A stretch of 35,104 nt of DNA from Octopus bimaculoides (Eukaryota), in NCBI RefSeq assembly GCF_001194135.2, contig NC_068983.1, positions 140,060,646 to 140,095,749 on the forward strand, read 5' to 3'. The first letter of the stretch is position 1. Each line of letters starts with the position of its first letter. The notes below the pieces were generated by a model. The model made no database searches and had not been told where the DNA came from. It saw nothing but the letters and a program-made list of their open reading frames with translations. This document shows positions 1 through 11,588 of this stretch, in pieces. The position numbers and the translations under genes were made by a program.

Positions 1-222
1 TATTTCCCCTCATCTGTATATTTATATGTTTATTCTAAAAATCCGCATACGCTTGTGTAGCTTCGTTGTATTCTCATCCAATATGGAGACGAATACCAAT
101 GACCCATGCGACAAGCTTGATAATGGCTGAGAATTCTCGTCATGAAACCGATGGTAGAACTTACTAACCCACAAACAAAGTATGTGTGCGTAGGTGTGTA
201 TATATATATACACGGGTATGTA

Positions 223-283
223 TGTGTGTGTGAGTGTGTGTGTGTGTGGGTGAGTGTGTGTGTGTGCGTGTGTGTGTGTGTGT
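223..283. repeat. (TG)n microsatellite
   Basis: Interrupted TG dinucleotide run read directly from the sequence. Confidence 0.95.
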
Positions 284-1209
284 ATTTGTATATGTTTAAA
301 ATTGCTATTAATTTAATATAACAGCAGACAAATATTAACGAGTGAGGAAGTAAAATTCACGTTTAAAATGAATATTGTAATTTTTTTTCTTTTATGTACT
401 TGAAATAAAGAAAACACTTAGTAGAGTACCCTTAACTGCTTTTGCTCTACATAATGATTGTTGCCGGCATTCTTGTGGGTCGTGAACGACCACATTCTCT
501 ATGGCCGCAATAGGTACCAAGCTCATGTCTTCAGATTACTTTCTTGAGTCTGAAATATATTTCAGATTTCAAAAATTTCAAGAAGTTATCTCCACATTCT
601 AATTCATCCACCAATATCAGATGTGTCGAGTATGAAGTTTTTCTCACTGTTGGTTAGACACATTTGGCTTTTGAAAAAATACCGCAAAGTTGGAGATTAC
701 TTGAAAAATTATGGCACTATTTATCAGAACTAGGTACTGGAGTCTTTGCTTATCAGGAAAATTATTATTCTGAATGGGTCGCTACACGGCGGTCTCCATG
801 AAATTTCCTTTATCTTTCCGGCGGCAAAAATATATTTAGTCGCCTCGTCTGTTCCCTCCAGGTAGAGAAAATTTGTTCTCAGTCCGTTTGATGTATTATT
901 CGCATACGCATCATAAGCATTCACCGATACATAATTATCACACAAAACCTCATCGTGTATTTTCCCTCCTTGTGTATGTGACTCGTCTTCCATTCCACAT
1001 TCCATTGCACAATCACATGCATATAGAATATAGAGTTGTGTATCTACCATTCAAAACGCTGTCATCCACGACAAAGGTGACAACTTTGCTTTCTGACTAC
1101 AAATGTATATATAAAATCTCATCTTTAACACAAAGTGCTTTATATATATCTACCTGGATTATTAACCTCTTTCACCCCCCCCCCCCCCCCACACACACAC
1201 AAAGCAGAT

Positions 1210-1934
1210 ACGCACACTGCAAATACGCACACTGCATCACGTAAGCGTTGTATGATCTACAGGTAATATTCCTATTTGAATGTTCGGGCTAGTGGTGCGT
1301 ATTCATAATGCCCAAGACCATGGGAGACAAATAAAAAGGCGAAAATTACCTTCATATTCCCGCGAACTCATTGTGCATTTTAGGGATTTGATGATGTCTG
1401 ATGCTTCTATTAGGAAGACTATATCTCATCACTAGTGATGATTATCTTCATGTAGTGTGGGTCGTTGTATGCACAGTCCAGTACGATTTCCATACTAAGT
1501 TGCTTCTGCTGCTCTGCTAGCAACTTGGGAAGCAGTTTCACCGGCACTCTCTGATTGCACAAGTTCTTCGTTAATATCGAATGCGTTGATCCTTCCCTTT
1601 GTTTCTCATTTCATAAGTCGTTACACGATAGTATTCTATGAGTATTTGCCAAGCTATCGCTGATGTACGTCTATTCTTCTAGCGTTTATACGAAAGCTTA
1701 ATATTTTCTGGCTTGCTTGAGCTTGAGTACCACCAAGTTTTGCGCAAAACTTGATGGAATATTTCTGTTCGATGCTTTCGATCACCTTGTTTGAAGACGA
1801 AATTACAACGCCCAGTCACTACACGTCTGTATTCCGCGCGTAACATCTGGAAAAAAACTGTACACATATGCGCCAGAAGGCTGGGGTCACTTACCACGGA
1901 GTGGATTTGGCCCACACAGCACTAGCATCTCGTA
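1210..1934 (-). mobile_element. Degenerate mariner (Tc1/mariner) DNA transposon, 5' two-thirds of transposase pseudogene
   Basis: Minus-strand translation with frameshifts and stops gives collinear mariner motifs: IEQKYSIKFCAKLGGTQ (~1725-1775), LPKLLAEQQKQLSMEIVLDCAYNDPHYMKIIITSDE (first catalytic D, 1425-1445), KVIFAFLFVSHGLGHYEYAPLARTFK (~1275-1355), EYYL*IIQRLRDAV (~1228-1272). The 5' end reads TACGAG at 1934-1929, like a mariner TIR start, next to a (TA)n run. The 3' part and right TIR are absent. Confidence 0.85.
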
Positions 1935-1943
1935 TATATATAT

Positions 1944-2626
1944 NNNNNNNNNNNNNNNNNNNNNNNNNNNNNNNNNNNNNNNNNNNNNNNNNNNNNNNNN
2001 NNNNNNNNNNNNNNNNNNNNNNNNNNNNNNNNNNNNNNNNNNNNNNNNNNNNNNNNNNNNNNNNNNNNNNNNNNNNNNNNNNNNNNNNNNNNNNNNNNNN
2101 NNNNNNNNNNNNNNNNNNNNNNNNNNNNNNNNNNNNNNNNNNNNNNNNNNNNNNNNNNNNNNNNNNNNNNNNNNNNNNNNNNNNNNNNNNNNNNNNNNNN
2201 NNNNNNNNNNNNNNNNNNNNNNNNNNNNNNNNNNNNNNNNNNNNNNNNNNNNNNNNNNNNNNNNNNNNNNNNNNNNNNNNNNNNNNNNNNNNNNNNNNNN
2301 NNNNNNNNNNNNNNNNNNNNNNNNNNNNNNNNNNNNNNNNNNNNNNNNNNNNNNNNNNNNNNNNNNNNNNNNNNNNNNNNNNNNNNNNNNNNNNNNNNNN
2401 NNNNNNNNNNNNNNNNNNNNNNNNNNNNNNNNNNNNNNNNNNNNNNNNNNNNNNNNNNNNNNNNNNNNNNNNNNNNNNNNNNNNNNNNNNNNNNNNNNNN
2501 NNNNNNNNNNNNNNNNNNNNNNNNNNNNNNNNNNNNNNNNNNNNNNNNNNNNNNNNNNNNNNNNNNNNNNNNNNNNNNNNNNNNNNNNNNNNNNNNNNNN
2601 NNNNNNNNNNNNNNNNNNNNNNNNNN
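1944..2626. other. Assembly gap (N-run)
   Basis: Ns, bordered on the left by (TA)n. Confidence 1.
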
Positions 2627-2638
2627 TGTATTTATTTG

Positions 2639-2770
2639 CAGCAAACCTTCGACTATTGCGGGTGCTACGTTCCACTACCGCTCAAAATAGGGAAAAATCC
2701 GAAGTAGAAACAGTACTGTACTATATATTTTTTCGTATTATTTTTATAATTTGTATATATTTATTTTATT
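2639..2770 (+). mobile_element. Possible left end of a Tigger/pogo-type DNA transposon or MITE
   Basis: CAGCAAACCTTCGACTATTGCGGGTGCTACGTTCC...AAAATCCGAAGTAG resembles the CAGT..CCCTCG..TATCGCGG.G.T.CGTTCC pattern I recall for Tigger-like termini. No matching right TIR was seen. Confidence 0.4.
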
Positions 2771-2809
2771 ATAAATGCAAGGTGAGTCGTGTGATATGGC
2801 GAGGGAATA

Positions 2810-2847
<38 letters not shown>

Positions 2848-2874
2848 TTGTGTGTGCGTGTGTGTGTGTACTAC

Positions 2875-3032
2875 TGCGTCTCTCTTTGTTCCCCCGCCAT
2901 CATTTGACAACCGATGTTGGTGTGTTTACGTCCCAGGCTTACTACGATTAAGTCCTGGGTTGATTTGTTCGACTAATGGCGGTGCACAAGCATGGCCGCT
3001 GTCAGATGGGTGAAACAAGTAAAAGAATAGAA
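2875..3032 (+). mobile_element. SINE family B, 3' tail segment with internal deletion, preceded by (TA)n(TG)n
   Basis: TTTGACAACCGATGTTGGTGTGTTTACGTCCC...GTCCTGGGTTGATTTGTTCGACTA...GCATGGCCGC...GAAACAAGTAAAAGAATA matches the tails at 31582, 32004 and 33140. Confidence 0.85.
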
Positions 3033-3099
3033 AAATATTTATGTATGTATATGTGAGCGCGCGTATAATCTGCGTCTGCATATGTGTGTAATAATACTC

Positions 3100-4860
3100 G
3101 TGTTGTTTATTATTCATTCATGCTTTGTTAACATGATTTCCTTTTGGGTTTCTATGTACTTATGTCATTCAGTCTGCTACTTTTCTCTTATTCCACCAGC
3201 GTTTGCAATTGACGGCACTAAAATGAACAATCTTTTACATAAAGACACGAAATTGTGAGAAAGCTTGGTCGATAACTGTTGAGAGATGAGCATGTGCACC
3301 TTCTCTTTGTGTCTTTGTGTTTTCCCTGTGTTCCTTTCGTGTTCCTACGTGCAACTTTTATATTGTCACTCTCAGAATTTCTCTATACTTTTATAAGGGG
3401 CAAACTTATCATTCAGAAAGAAGAATATTATTGACCGTGACTTCAAAGTTTCGGCCTGCTAGTTTATTGCCGGTTTATATAGTATATTTTGATCAAATTT
3501 TTCCTTAGGTATTTGAGATTTGGTTCAGTGGTAAATAGGTTGTAAAGGGGATCGCGATGGATTTGCGTATAGAAGAAACGTTCATTCATTAAATTCGTGG
3601 GTTATGTAATTACTTAGAATTTAATTTATGTATGTATAAATTTTAAACGTGTGTATATTTAGGTGTGACAGTTTCAGGTCATGGTTTAGTTGTTTACAAC
3701 AAAATTGATGTATATAGGTGTAGAAACTTTTTGGTCAGTGTCGGTGCTAGTAGTATTACTCAATTTTAGTTTATTTTATTCAGTCTTTTGCTTTAAATAC
3801 GTAACAGTCATATTTGGAAATGTTGCCTAGTATTTAAAACGTTTATAATTGGTTGTGTTAATTTTTAGTAGGATAATTTTTTAAAGGTTTACAAAAGAAT
3901 GCAGGTAAGTGTTTTATGTGGGCAGGTTTAGTAACTGTTATTATTTCGGTTATTTCCTGTTTGTATTTTGAAGATGGAGGTTATTAATGGAGGATGTCAA
4001 GGTGCATTGATGCTCACAAGAGAATATGTGCGCGTGTAGAGGTAGGTAGTCGATATATTTCCAGGCTCATTGTTCTATAAGTAATTTGAATGATACTCAA
4101 AAATTTTGACCATTGTGTTTAATGGAGGAAGTGTTTGTTGGCTATGTCTTTATACAGACATGTACTCAATTCAGTTTACAAAGTGTGCATTTCATAATAT
4201 ATTACTTCAACTCCGTTGAATCATATGGAACTGGGGCATTATAAAATGCGATCATATAATCATGTATGGAAAACAAGCATAAAAACAAAATTTAGTTGAA
4301 CATTTTTAATTTTAAATTTCAAAAGCTTTAAAGGAAGGAGAATCAAAAAAGAAAAGGGTCTTCCAATTTGCTTTCATACAAATATACGCTTATATGCATA
4401 TAGATTTGTCGACTTATGGTAGAAAATACTAGTGGGAAATTTACATAATTTCTACATGATTTGTTTAACGTAAAACTGAAAGAATGGATTTTATGTATAT
4501 TATGGGGATAGTATATTGTGTAAGTAAAACATAAAAGTTGTTGTTTTGAAATGTTTTTTGTGTTTTCAGGTTCTGTGCTTGCATGAAGTGACACATTTAC
4601 AGTTACGAATCAGAGTATGGCACTTGAATGCCAGAATGTGGTAGAATTTATTTGTACAAAGTTGGCAGGGTTTGTTGTTACCTTGTGAGTATTTTCCAAT
4701 TCATGCAACATTTTGCATATATTTATCGTAACATCCGTAAATGTTTGGAAAGTATGATTTTCCCTGTTTGTTTTGTGGAATGTGCGCGTACGATCGTTAC
4801 GTCGTATCTTTAGTAGTTGGTGCAGTTTTTGTTTTGATTAGCTTTCTGCTATAGACGTTA
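3100..4860 (-). mobile_element. Highly decayed retroelement ORF, possibly Penelope-like (RT plus GIY-YIG region)
   Basis: Strongly strand-asymmetric (A/C-rich on minus). Weak collinear motifs on minus: FHKTN/TGKIILS (~4750-4775, cf. KIHK..PGRPIIS), AIL*FVTVNVSLH (~4580-4620, cf. ILVTLDVTSLY), FFQFYVKQI (~4460-4485), ELSTCLYKDIANKHFLH (~4120-4175, cf. LSTDLY.KPTD.H.YLH). No recognisable YxDD remains. Confidence 0.35.
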
Positions 4861-4985
4861 TTGATTGAGATACCGTTTCTGCAGAAAGGCAGGATAAAAG
4901 TGCCCTATAAATGCAAATGTTATATTTGTGATTTAGGGTTTCACTATCAGAAAATTTATAGTAGTTGTAATTGGATACAATTCGT

Positions 4986-5025
<40 letters not shown>

Positions 5026-5085
5026 CATGTATATTTCTATATGTGCGTATATATATGTATATATAAATAGGTATATATTTGTATA

Positions 5086-5130
<45 letters not shown>

Positions 5131-5225
5131 GCACATATACAAATATACATATATACATTATTATATAAATTATTATATCTCTCGCGCGCCGCTCTCTCTG
5201 TCTCTCTCTTTATATATATATATAT
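4986..5225. repeat. Compound (TA)n/(TG)n/(CT)n microsatellite
   Basis: Direct reading. Confidence 0.95.
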
Positions 5226-5926
5226 GTAATTAGAGAATGCGGGAGAGATAGATGAGAGTTTGAAGTGCACTGGATTTACCTTCAAAATTGTGATTGTAGT
5301 GTTAACACCTAATTTCTAGCAACAATAATTGACGTTTCATTCCTTTTTTTTTTCTGTTGTACACCAGTAGTTGACTGCTAAATAATTCTGCATGTGTATA
5401 CATGTGCCCCTCCATAATTGTGTTGCACTTCTTGAACAAAACTTTTTCTTCGTCTGTTTGCCAATATTTTTTTCGTCTTTTGACGATAATGTATTGAATT
5501 GAGTAAAAAAATTTCATCAATTACTTACAATCACAATAGACTACACACTTAATATACGCTTTCTGATTATATACTTTTCTTTAAAATTTTCTTAAGAAGT
5601 TAGATTTTCTGATTACATTCATTCATGTTGAGATACAAAATCGCTTTATTTATGACCTTTTATTAAATATTGTTTCGTAGAATGGATGCTAATTAAACTA
5701 TATATAGTAATCCATAGTTACGTGGTGCAAGCATAGTAAATTCTGTGCAGCCTCCCACACTATTAAATTAAGTTTACTTAATGCTCAGCATAAGGGCGAA
5801 CTGCTTACCTTTGCAGAAAAATGCTGAGAAGAGTAGAAATGAAACTATAGGATTTTCAGATTTTGTAAATGTATCTTGAAATCGTAACATACAATTGCAT
5901 ACATTGCTTTAATATATCTTTTAAAG

Positions 5927-6132
5927 AAGTCGGCCAGCTTGCGGAACAGCTTGCAGGTCGGGGAACATGCTTAGAGTCATTTCGTCAGCGTTCACGTTCT
6001 GAGTTCAAATTCCGCTAAGGTAGACATTGTGTTTCTACCTTTCGGCGTCGATAAACTAATTACTAGCTGATTATTTGGGTGAATATAATAGACATACTCC
6101 CTCAACCGGAATTGCTCACCTTGTGTCAGAAT
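5927..6132 (+). mobile_element. tRNA-derived SINE family A, near full length
   Basis: tRNA-like head ending in B-box-like GAGTTCAAATTCC (~6001-6013), then ACCTTTCGGCGTCGATAAA central motif shared with copies at 16093, 20243, 22683 and 24685. Confidence 0.85.
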
Positions 6133-6408
6133 TAAAATCTACGATATGTGTTATTGAGGAAAAAATCTTATATTTTTGTTTTACACTCCTTATTGCTACT
6201 AACAGTTAGTGGTTCGTGACTTAAATCTTTACAAATGTTCATTCTTGCGGTGAAGAATCAACATGGCTCTTAGGATGAAGTGTTTTGCACGGTTTTGTCA
6301 ACAGGGGACACTGCAATGAACATTGCAATATTTGTATTCGTGTTTATTGTTATCGTTCTACCATCATCACCACCGATTACAACTAATACTACTACGCCAT
6401 ATCCCCAC

Positions 6409-6478
6409 GGGCATATGGCGTAGTGGTTAAGACGCGGGATATTATCCCCAAGATAGTGAGTTCGATTTGATGTAGTGA

Positions 6479-6517
<39 letters not shown>

Positions 6518-6670
6518 CATAGAAAAATACCTTAGGGATGAGAACCCAGGTTCGAAATTTCCACAAGACACCTGATGAAGGCTGGAGGGTATATCAGCCG
6601 AAACATTTGAGTTAACAACAAACAAGTTGAGGACAAATATCCGTCAAATGTATATAATGCAAATAACGTG
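6409..6670 (+). mobile_element. tRNA-derived SINE family D with internal (AAT)n and hammerhead-containing 3' tail
   Basis: Canonical A box TGGCGTAGTGG (6416-6426), B-box-like GAGTTCGATTT (6458-6468), about 11 AAT units (6483-6516), second GGTTCGAAA (6549-6557), hammerhead core 6567-6614, A-rich tail running into (TA)n and a gap. Confidence 0.8.
6567..6614 (+). ncRNA. Minimal type I hammerhead ribozyme core, probably degenerate copy
   Basis: GACAC (stem I 5') - CTGATGA (6572-6578) - A - GGCTGG/TCAGCC stem II (6580-6585/6594-6599) - GAAA (6600-6603) - ACATTT - GAGTT (stem I 3', one mismatch). Stem III and cleavage triplet are non-canonical (UUU). Confidence 0.65.
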
Positions 6671-6677
6671 TATATAT

Positions 6678-6893
6678 NNNNNNNNNNNNNNNNNNNNNNN
6701 NNNNNNNNNNNNNNNNNNNNNNNNNNNNNNNNNNNNNNNNNNNNNNNNNNNNNNNNNNNNNNNNNNNNNNNNNNNNNNNNNNNNNNNNNNNNNNNNNNNN
6801 NNNNNNNNNNNNNNNNNNNNNNNNNNNNNNNNNNNNNNNNNNNNNNNNNNNNNNNNNNNNNNNNNNNNNNNNNNNNNNNNNNNNNNNNNNNNN
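6678..6893. other. Assembly gap (N-run)
   Basis: Ns flanked by (TA)n on both sides. Confidence 1.
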
Positions 6894-7301
6894 ATATATA
6901 TATATATATATAAGGCACTGCAGCTATGTCTTCTACCATACATAGTAGGATTTTGATGAAAGACATCTGTCGTGCTGCTATCAAAATGAAAGCAGAATAA
7001 AGACGTTATTCATGATAGAGTGCACTAATTATTATACCATTGATATTATCATAACAATATCTTTGAAAGAGTATCGCTTGTGACGACATTCAAGGACACG
7101 AATAAAGTTTACACACGGGTCACACGTGAATAAGTACACACAAACAAATAAACACACATATGACCACACAAAACACGAATACACGCGCATACTTAAATAT
7201 ATGTAGATGAACATATAAGCTTACACACCCTATATATATATATACAAAAAAGTATTAGTAATATATATATATATATATATATATGTATATCAGTGTACGT
7301 A

Positions 7302-7332
<31 letters not shown>

Positions 7333-7400
7333 AATAATATTACAACACAACGATATTATTACAGCGACATAATGCACCGTAAGGGTAGAATTATAGATAA

Positions 7401-7746
7401 GAAATAGTGGCAAAACAAGGTACCATTTTTACTCCAAATAGCAGTCGGTAACCGTACAACGCTACGTAAAACTTCACTGAATGTATAGAGTGAAAGGTGT
7501 ATGCAGGAGGCGAACGTAAAAATGTTCGTCTTACCTCTACGAAGAACGCTAGAGAAATGGAAACCAACTACTCGAGTACTAAGTTGTCCATTTCTCTGGC
7601 GTTCTTCCTAGAGGTAAGACGAAAATTTTTCATGTTCGCCTCCCGCATACATCTTTGCCTCTAAACATTCAGTGTCAGTTTTACATAGCATCGTACGGCA
7701 TCAGCTGCTTTTTCCAGACAAAGTTGGTTCCTAGTGCCACTATTTC
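7401..7746. mobile_element. Long fold-back palindrome, probable MITE
   Basis: 7452-7561 is the reverse complement of 7587-7698 with about 15 differences in ~112 columns by manual alignment. Weaker pairing extends to GAAATAGTGGC (7401-7411) / GCCACTATTTC (7736-7746). Centre is the perfect palindrome TACTCGAGTA (7569-7578). Confidence 0.8.
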
Positions 7747-7892
7747 CTTTTTGATACTCCTGAACCAGTTTTTGTGTGTCCCACAAGAGGAGTCGATGCT
7801 AGATGTGTCGAAACAATGGTTGTGATTAATAATATATTCTCGTATATTCCATCTTCTTCCTTTCAATTATATATATATATATATATATATAT

Positions 7893-8396
7893 NNNNNNNN
7901 NNNNNNNNNNNNNNNNNNNNNNNNNNNNNNNNNNNNNNNNNNNNNNNNNNNNNNNNNNNNNNNNNNNNNNNNNNNNNNNNNNNNNNNNNNNNNNNNNNNN
8001 NNNNNNNNNNNNNNNNNNNNNNNNNNNNNNNNNNNNNNNNNNNNNNNNNNNNNNNNNNNNNNNNNNNNNNNNNNNNNNNNNNNNNNNNNNNNNNNNNNNN
8101 NNNNNNNNNNNNNNNNNNNNNNNNNNNNNNNNNNNNNNNNNNNNNNNNNNNNNNNNNNNNNNNNNNNNNNNNNNNNNNNNNNNNNNNNNNNNNNNNNNNN
8201 NNNNNNNNNNNNNNNNNNNNNNNNNNNNNNNNNNNNNNNNNNNNNNNNNNNNNNNNNNNNNNNNNNNNNNNNNNNNNNNNNNNNNNNNNNNNNNNNNNNN
8301 NNNNNNNNNNNNNNNNNNNNNNNNNNNNNNNNNNNNNNNNNNNNNNNNNNNNNNNNNNNNNNNNNNNNNNNNNNNNNNNNNNNNNNNNNNNNNNNN
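7893..8396. other. Assembly gap (N-run)
   Basis: Ns between (TA)n and (GT)n. Confidence 1.
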
Positions 8397-8433
<37 letters not shown>

Positions 8434-8972
8434 ACTATCTATCTGTCTGTAACTATCTGAAACCTATATGCATGGCGTGATCAGTTGAAAGGAAACAACT
8501 CACTAGTCTACTTTATGCATTATATCTTGTCTTGATATTTCATTTGTTACTACAATATACAAATGGCTGCCAGTGATGACTGGACACCGATAAGCAACCA
8601 TAGTATGCAAACGGTTTCCGTATGGGATAAAAGTTTTACCATATATAAGTTAACATAATTTTTTCGTATAACGTACGCTCTATACACTATTGTTATAGTT
8701 TTCGTGTAGTTTAGCTATTAAATGCATGCATATAATTTGAAATATCAATGTAAAGCTTTGAGTTGGAAACATTCACTTATGTAGATGATTTTAAGAAAGA
8801 AAGACAAACGAATGACATCGAACCTTTATCGGGTCATAATCATTAGAACATTTTACCTCCTTAATTACAATCAATATGTCAAATTGAAGGCTTAATAATT
8901 ATTCAGTCATTTTTAATTAAACTCTGAGTTTAATAGAGGTAATTAATTATCTCTCTCAGTCATTCTCGTTTC

Positions 8973-8978
<6 letters not shown>

Positions 8979-9031
<53 letters not shown>
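8979..9031. repeat. (CT)n microsatellite
   Basis: Perfect CT run entering a gap. Confidence 0.97.
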
Positions 9032-9447
9032 NNNNNNNNNNNNNNNNNNNNNNNNNNNNNNNNNNNNNNNNNNNNNNNNNNNNNNNNNNNNNNNNNNNNN
9101 NNNNNNNNNNNNNNNNNNNNNNNNNNNNNNNNNNNNNNNNNNNNNNNNNNNNNNNNNNNNNNNNNNNNNNNNNNNNNNNNNNNNNNNNNNNNNNNNNNNN
9201 NNNNNNNNNNNNNNNNNNNNNNNNNNNNNNNNNNNNNNNNNNNNNNNNNNNNNNNNNNNNNNNNNNNNNNNNNNNNNNNNNNNNNNNNNNNNNNNNNNNN
9301 NNNNNNNNNNNNNNNNNNNNNNNNNNNNNNNNNNNNNNNNNNNNNNNNNNNNNNNNNNNNNNNNNNNNNNNNNNNNNNNNNNNNNNNNNNNNNNNNNNNN
9401 NNNNNNNNNNNNNNNNNNNNNNNNNNNNNNNNNNNNNNNNNNNNNNN
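9032..9447. other. Assembly gap (N-run)
   Basis: Ns after (CT)n. Confidence 1.
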
Positions 9448-9879
9448 ATATTATTTTAGAGGGATTGCAGGTCACCATATCTTTCAGATTAATGGAATAT
9501 GTTATTAGTTTTTCTCATACGTCCAATTACAATCTCAGATCAAATCCTCACTTCTCACTTTTGCAGTTCAACTATATGTGGTAGTCGCGAGCTAGGAATA
9601 ATTCAATCACCTATAACCTTTCTGGAAACTTGTGGGGTTACAATTATGTAGAAAAAGGGAATTGGCGTAGATAATGGTGGTAGATAGAGCGGCGAATAAA
9701 ATACCTAGCATCGTTTATCCCAGCTTTTTTTCCCGTCCTTCCTTTACATAATACCAAAGGATGTTTTGATATTCATCTTCAAGTGAAGATCTGAGGTCGG
9801 ATTTACTCGAACTACTCATTCCTTCAACTTTCTAGCCTTATGCTTGTATTATAATTATCATTATAGTAGAGTGTCTAGG

Positions 9880-10030
9880 AAGAATTGGTAGAGTGCAGGG
9901 GAATTAATTTGGGATATTGCTTCTTATCTTGATCAAATCATTTCAAATTCCGGTGAGGTAAACTTTAGTTGAAATCTTTCAGTTTAGATGCATTAAGAGA
10001 CATTTGGTGTAATATCCCTTTTCTCTAACT
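9880..10030 (+). mobile_element. Degenerate SINE family A fragment
   Basis: TTTCAAATTCCGGTGAGGTAAACTTT resembles GTTCAAATTCCGCTAAGGTAGAC of the 5927 copy. Confidence 0.45.
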
Positions 10031-11522
10031 TTGTGACAGTATGCCTATTTTGAAATACTCGTTACTGAAGTTTATTTTGATGGAAACCAGAGAGAAGTGT
10101 GCACCATAAATAACCGGTTTATTTTTGGACGTCTTGCGTAGTGAGTTACCGTACATTCGAGTTCCACTTCCCATTTTATCTTTCCTTGGTCTATAAAGCT
10201 TACAAGCGAAGTATTATAGTCAATTTAATCGATTGGTTCCTCCCCATAAAAAAAATGTATATGGCATTGTGCCTATGTTGTAGATCAATATTATGTGTGT
10301 ATGGTAATGGAAAGCTTAATCAATTTTATTTAGACACGTGTGTTAACGATCCAAGCCGGATTCCCTTTGTAATAATTTACCCATCATGAATCTACTATGA
10401 ATAGCACAAATGCCAGTTAATCACTAATGCCAATTTAATTAATTCCATCTTCAAACGGAATACGTTGCCTTATGCTTAAATCATAATCATAGAAACAGGC
10501 AGGACTCGGGAAGATTCCACGTTTTATAAACGCTATTTTTTCCCTGTTGATGCATTAATAGATAGACGTTCGTAACAATGCTTCATTATGCTAAACATTT
10601 CAGCTATATCTCACACTACGTTAAAATTTAACGCTGCTTAAGGCGTAACTCTTAAACGGATATTAATATGAATTGTTTTCAATATATTCTTGCAGCTAAA
10701 CTTGTTTAAGGCGTTACAAATAAGCCCCTGTCGTTGACTTTGAGCATATTACGTGACAAGAAGAATAACATCATAACGTATAGCCTCTTCCGTGCGTTCA
10801 AATAGCACTGGCATTGACTCTCACCTTTTCTCTGTAATCGATAAAATAATATGTCTTCTATAAAAATATCTACTCTCTTCCGACGTTCTAAACTAATATG
10901 CATAAACACGACAATATACACGTATGTTAATGACTTAATTATTTATGTATTGTTTGTGTATGTTACTTTTTAAATATTGTTGTACTTATGCTGTATAAAA
11001 CATAACTTGTAGAACTATAAACAAATCTTTATTAGAGTTTACAGGATAACAAATATTTGGTGTATTTACAAGAGTAATCACTTTTATTGAACTTAAATTA
11101 ACCGAGCCGAAACTGTTTTCACTGATGTGTGACATCTATAACTAGCCGAAAAATATATGCGGTGATATTTCTGTTTTGTTACTCTTAAAGTTTATTACTA
11201 CAAAACATTACTTAAATTCAACATGTACATTATGCTAAAGATTGGAAATTAACTTTATTTATGATATGAAGTGCAGACGCATCTGCATGTTTTGTTTGTT
11301 AATAAATAATGAAATAGATATATACACAAAAGTCCCGTTACATATGTAACCACGTGTTTAAAATACACAATTGCAAGTATAAATACGTAGAAAAGACAGG
11401 CATTCATATGTAAGCAGGGAATATCATTTTGTTTGGTGGTGTAGATATATATTTTCCCATTTTACATCATTCCAGTCATAAATAAAATCTAGGTGTGTCT
11501 GGGCGCGCGCGCGTGTGTGTAT

Positions 11523-11545
11523 ACATAGAGAGAGAGAGGGAGATG

Positions 11546-11585
<40 letters not shown>
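11523..11585. repeat. (AG)n microsatellite
   Basis: Direct reading; preceded by a (CG)n/(TG)n tract at ~11502-11520. Confidence 0.95.

Positions 11586-11588
<3 letters not shown>

Noticed and set aside
5805-5870. Possible 48-nt plus-strand exon (CAG|KNAEKSRNETIGFSDF|GTAAAT)
   Set aside because: Weak donor, unrecognised peptide, expected by chance.
6409-6480. tRNA gene calls for this and the other A/B-box-containing heads
   Set aside because: No complete cloverleaf or acceptor stem; each continues into a repeat body, so they are SINE heads.
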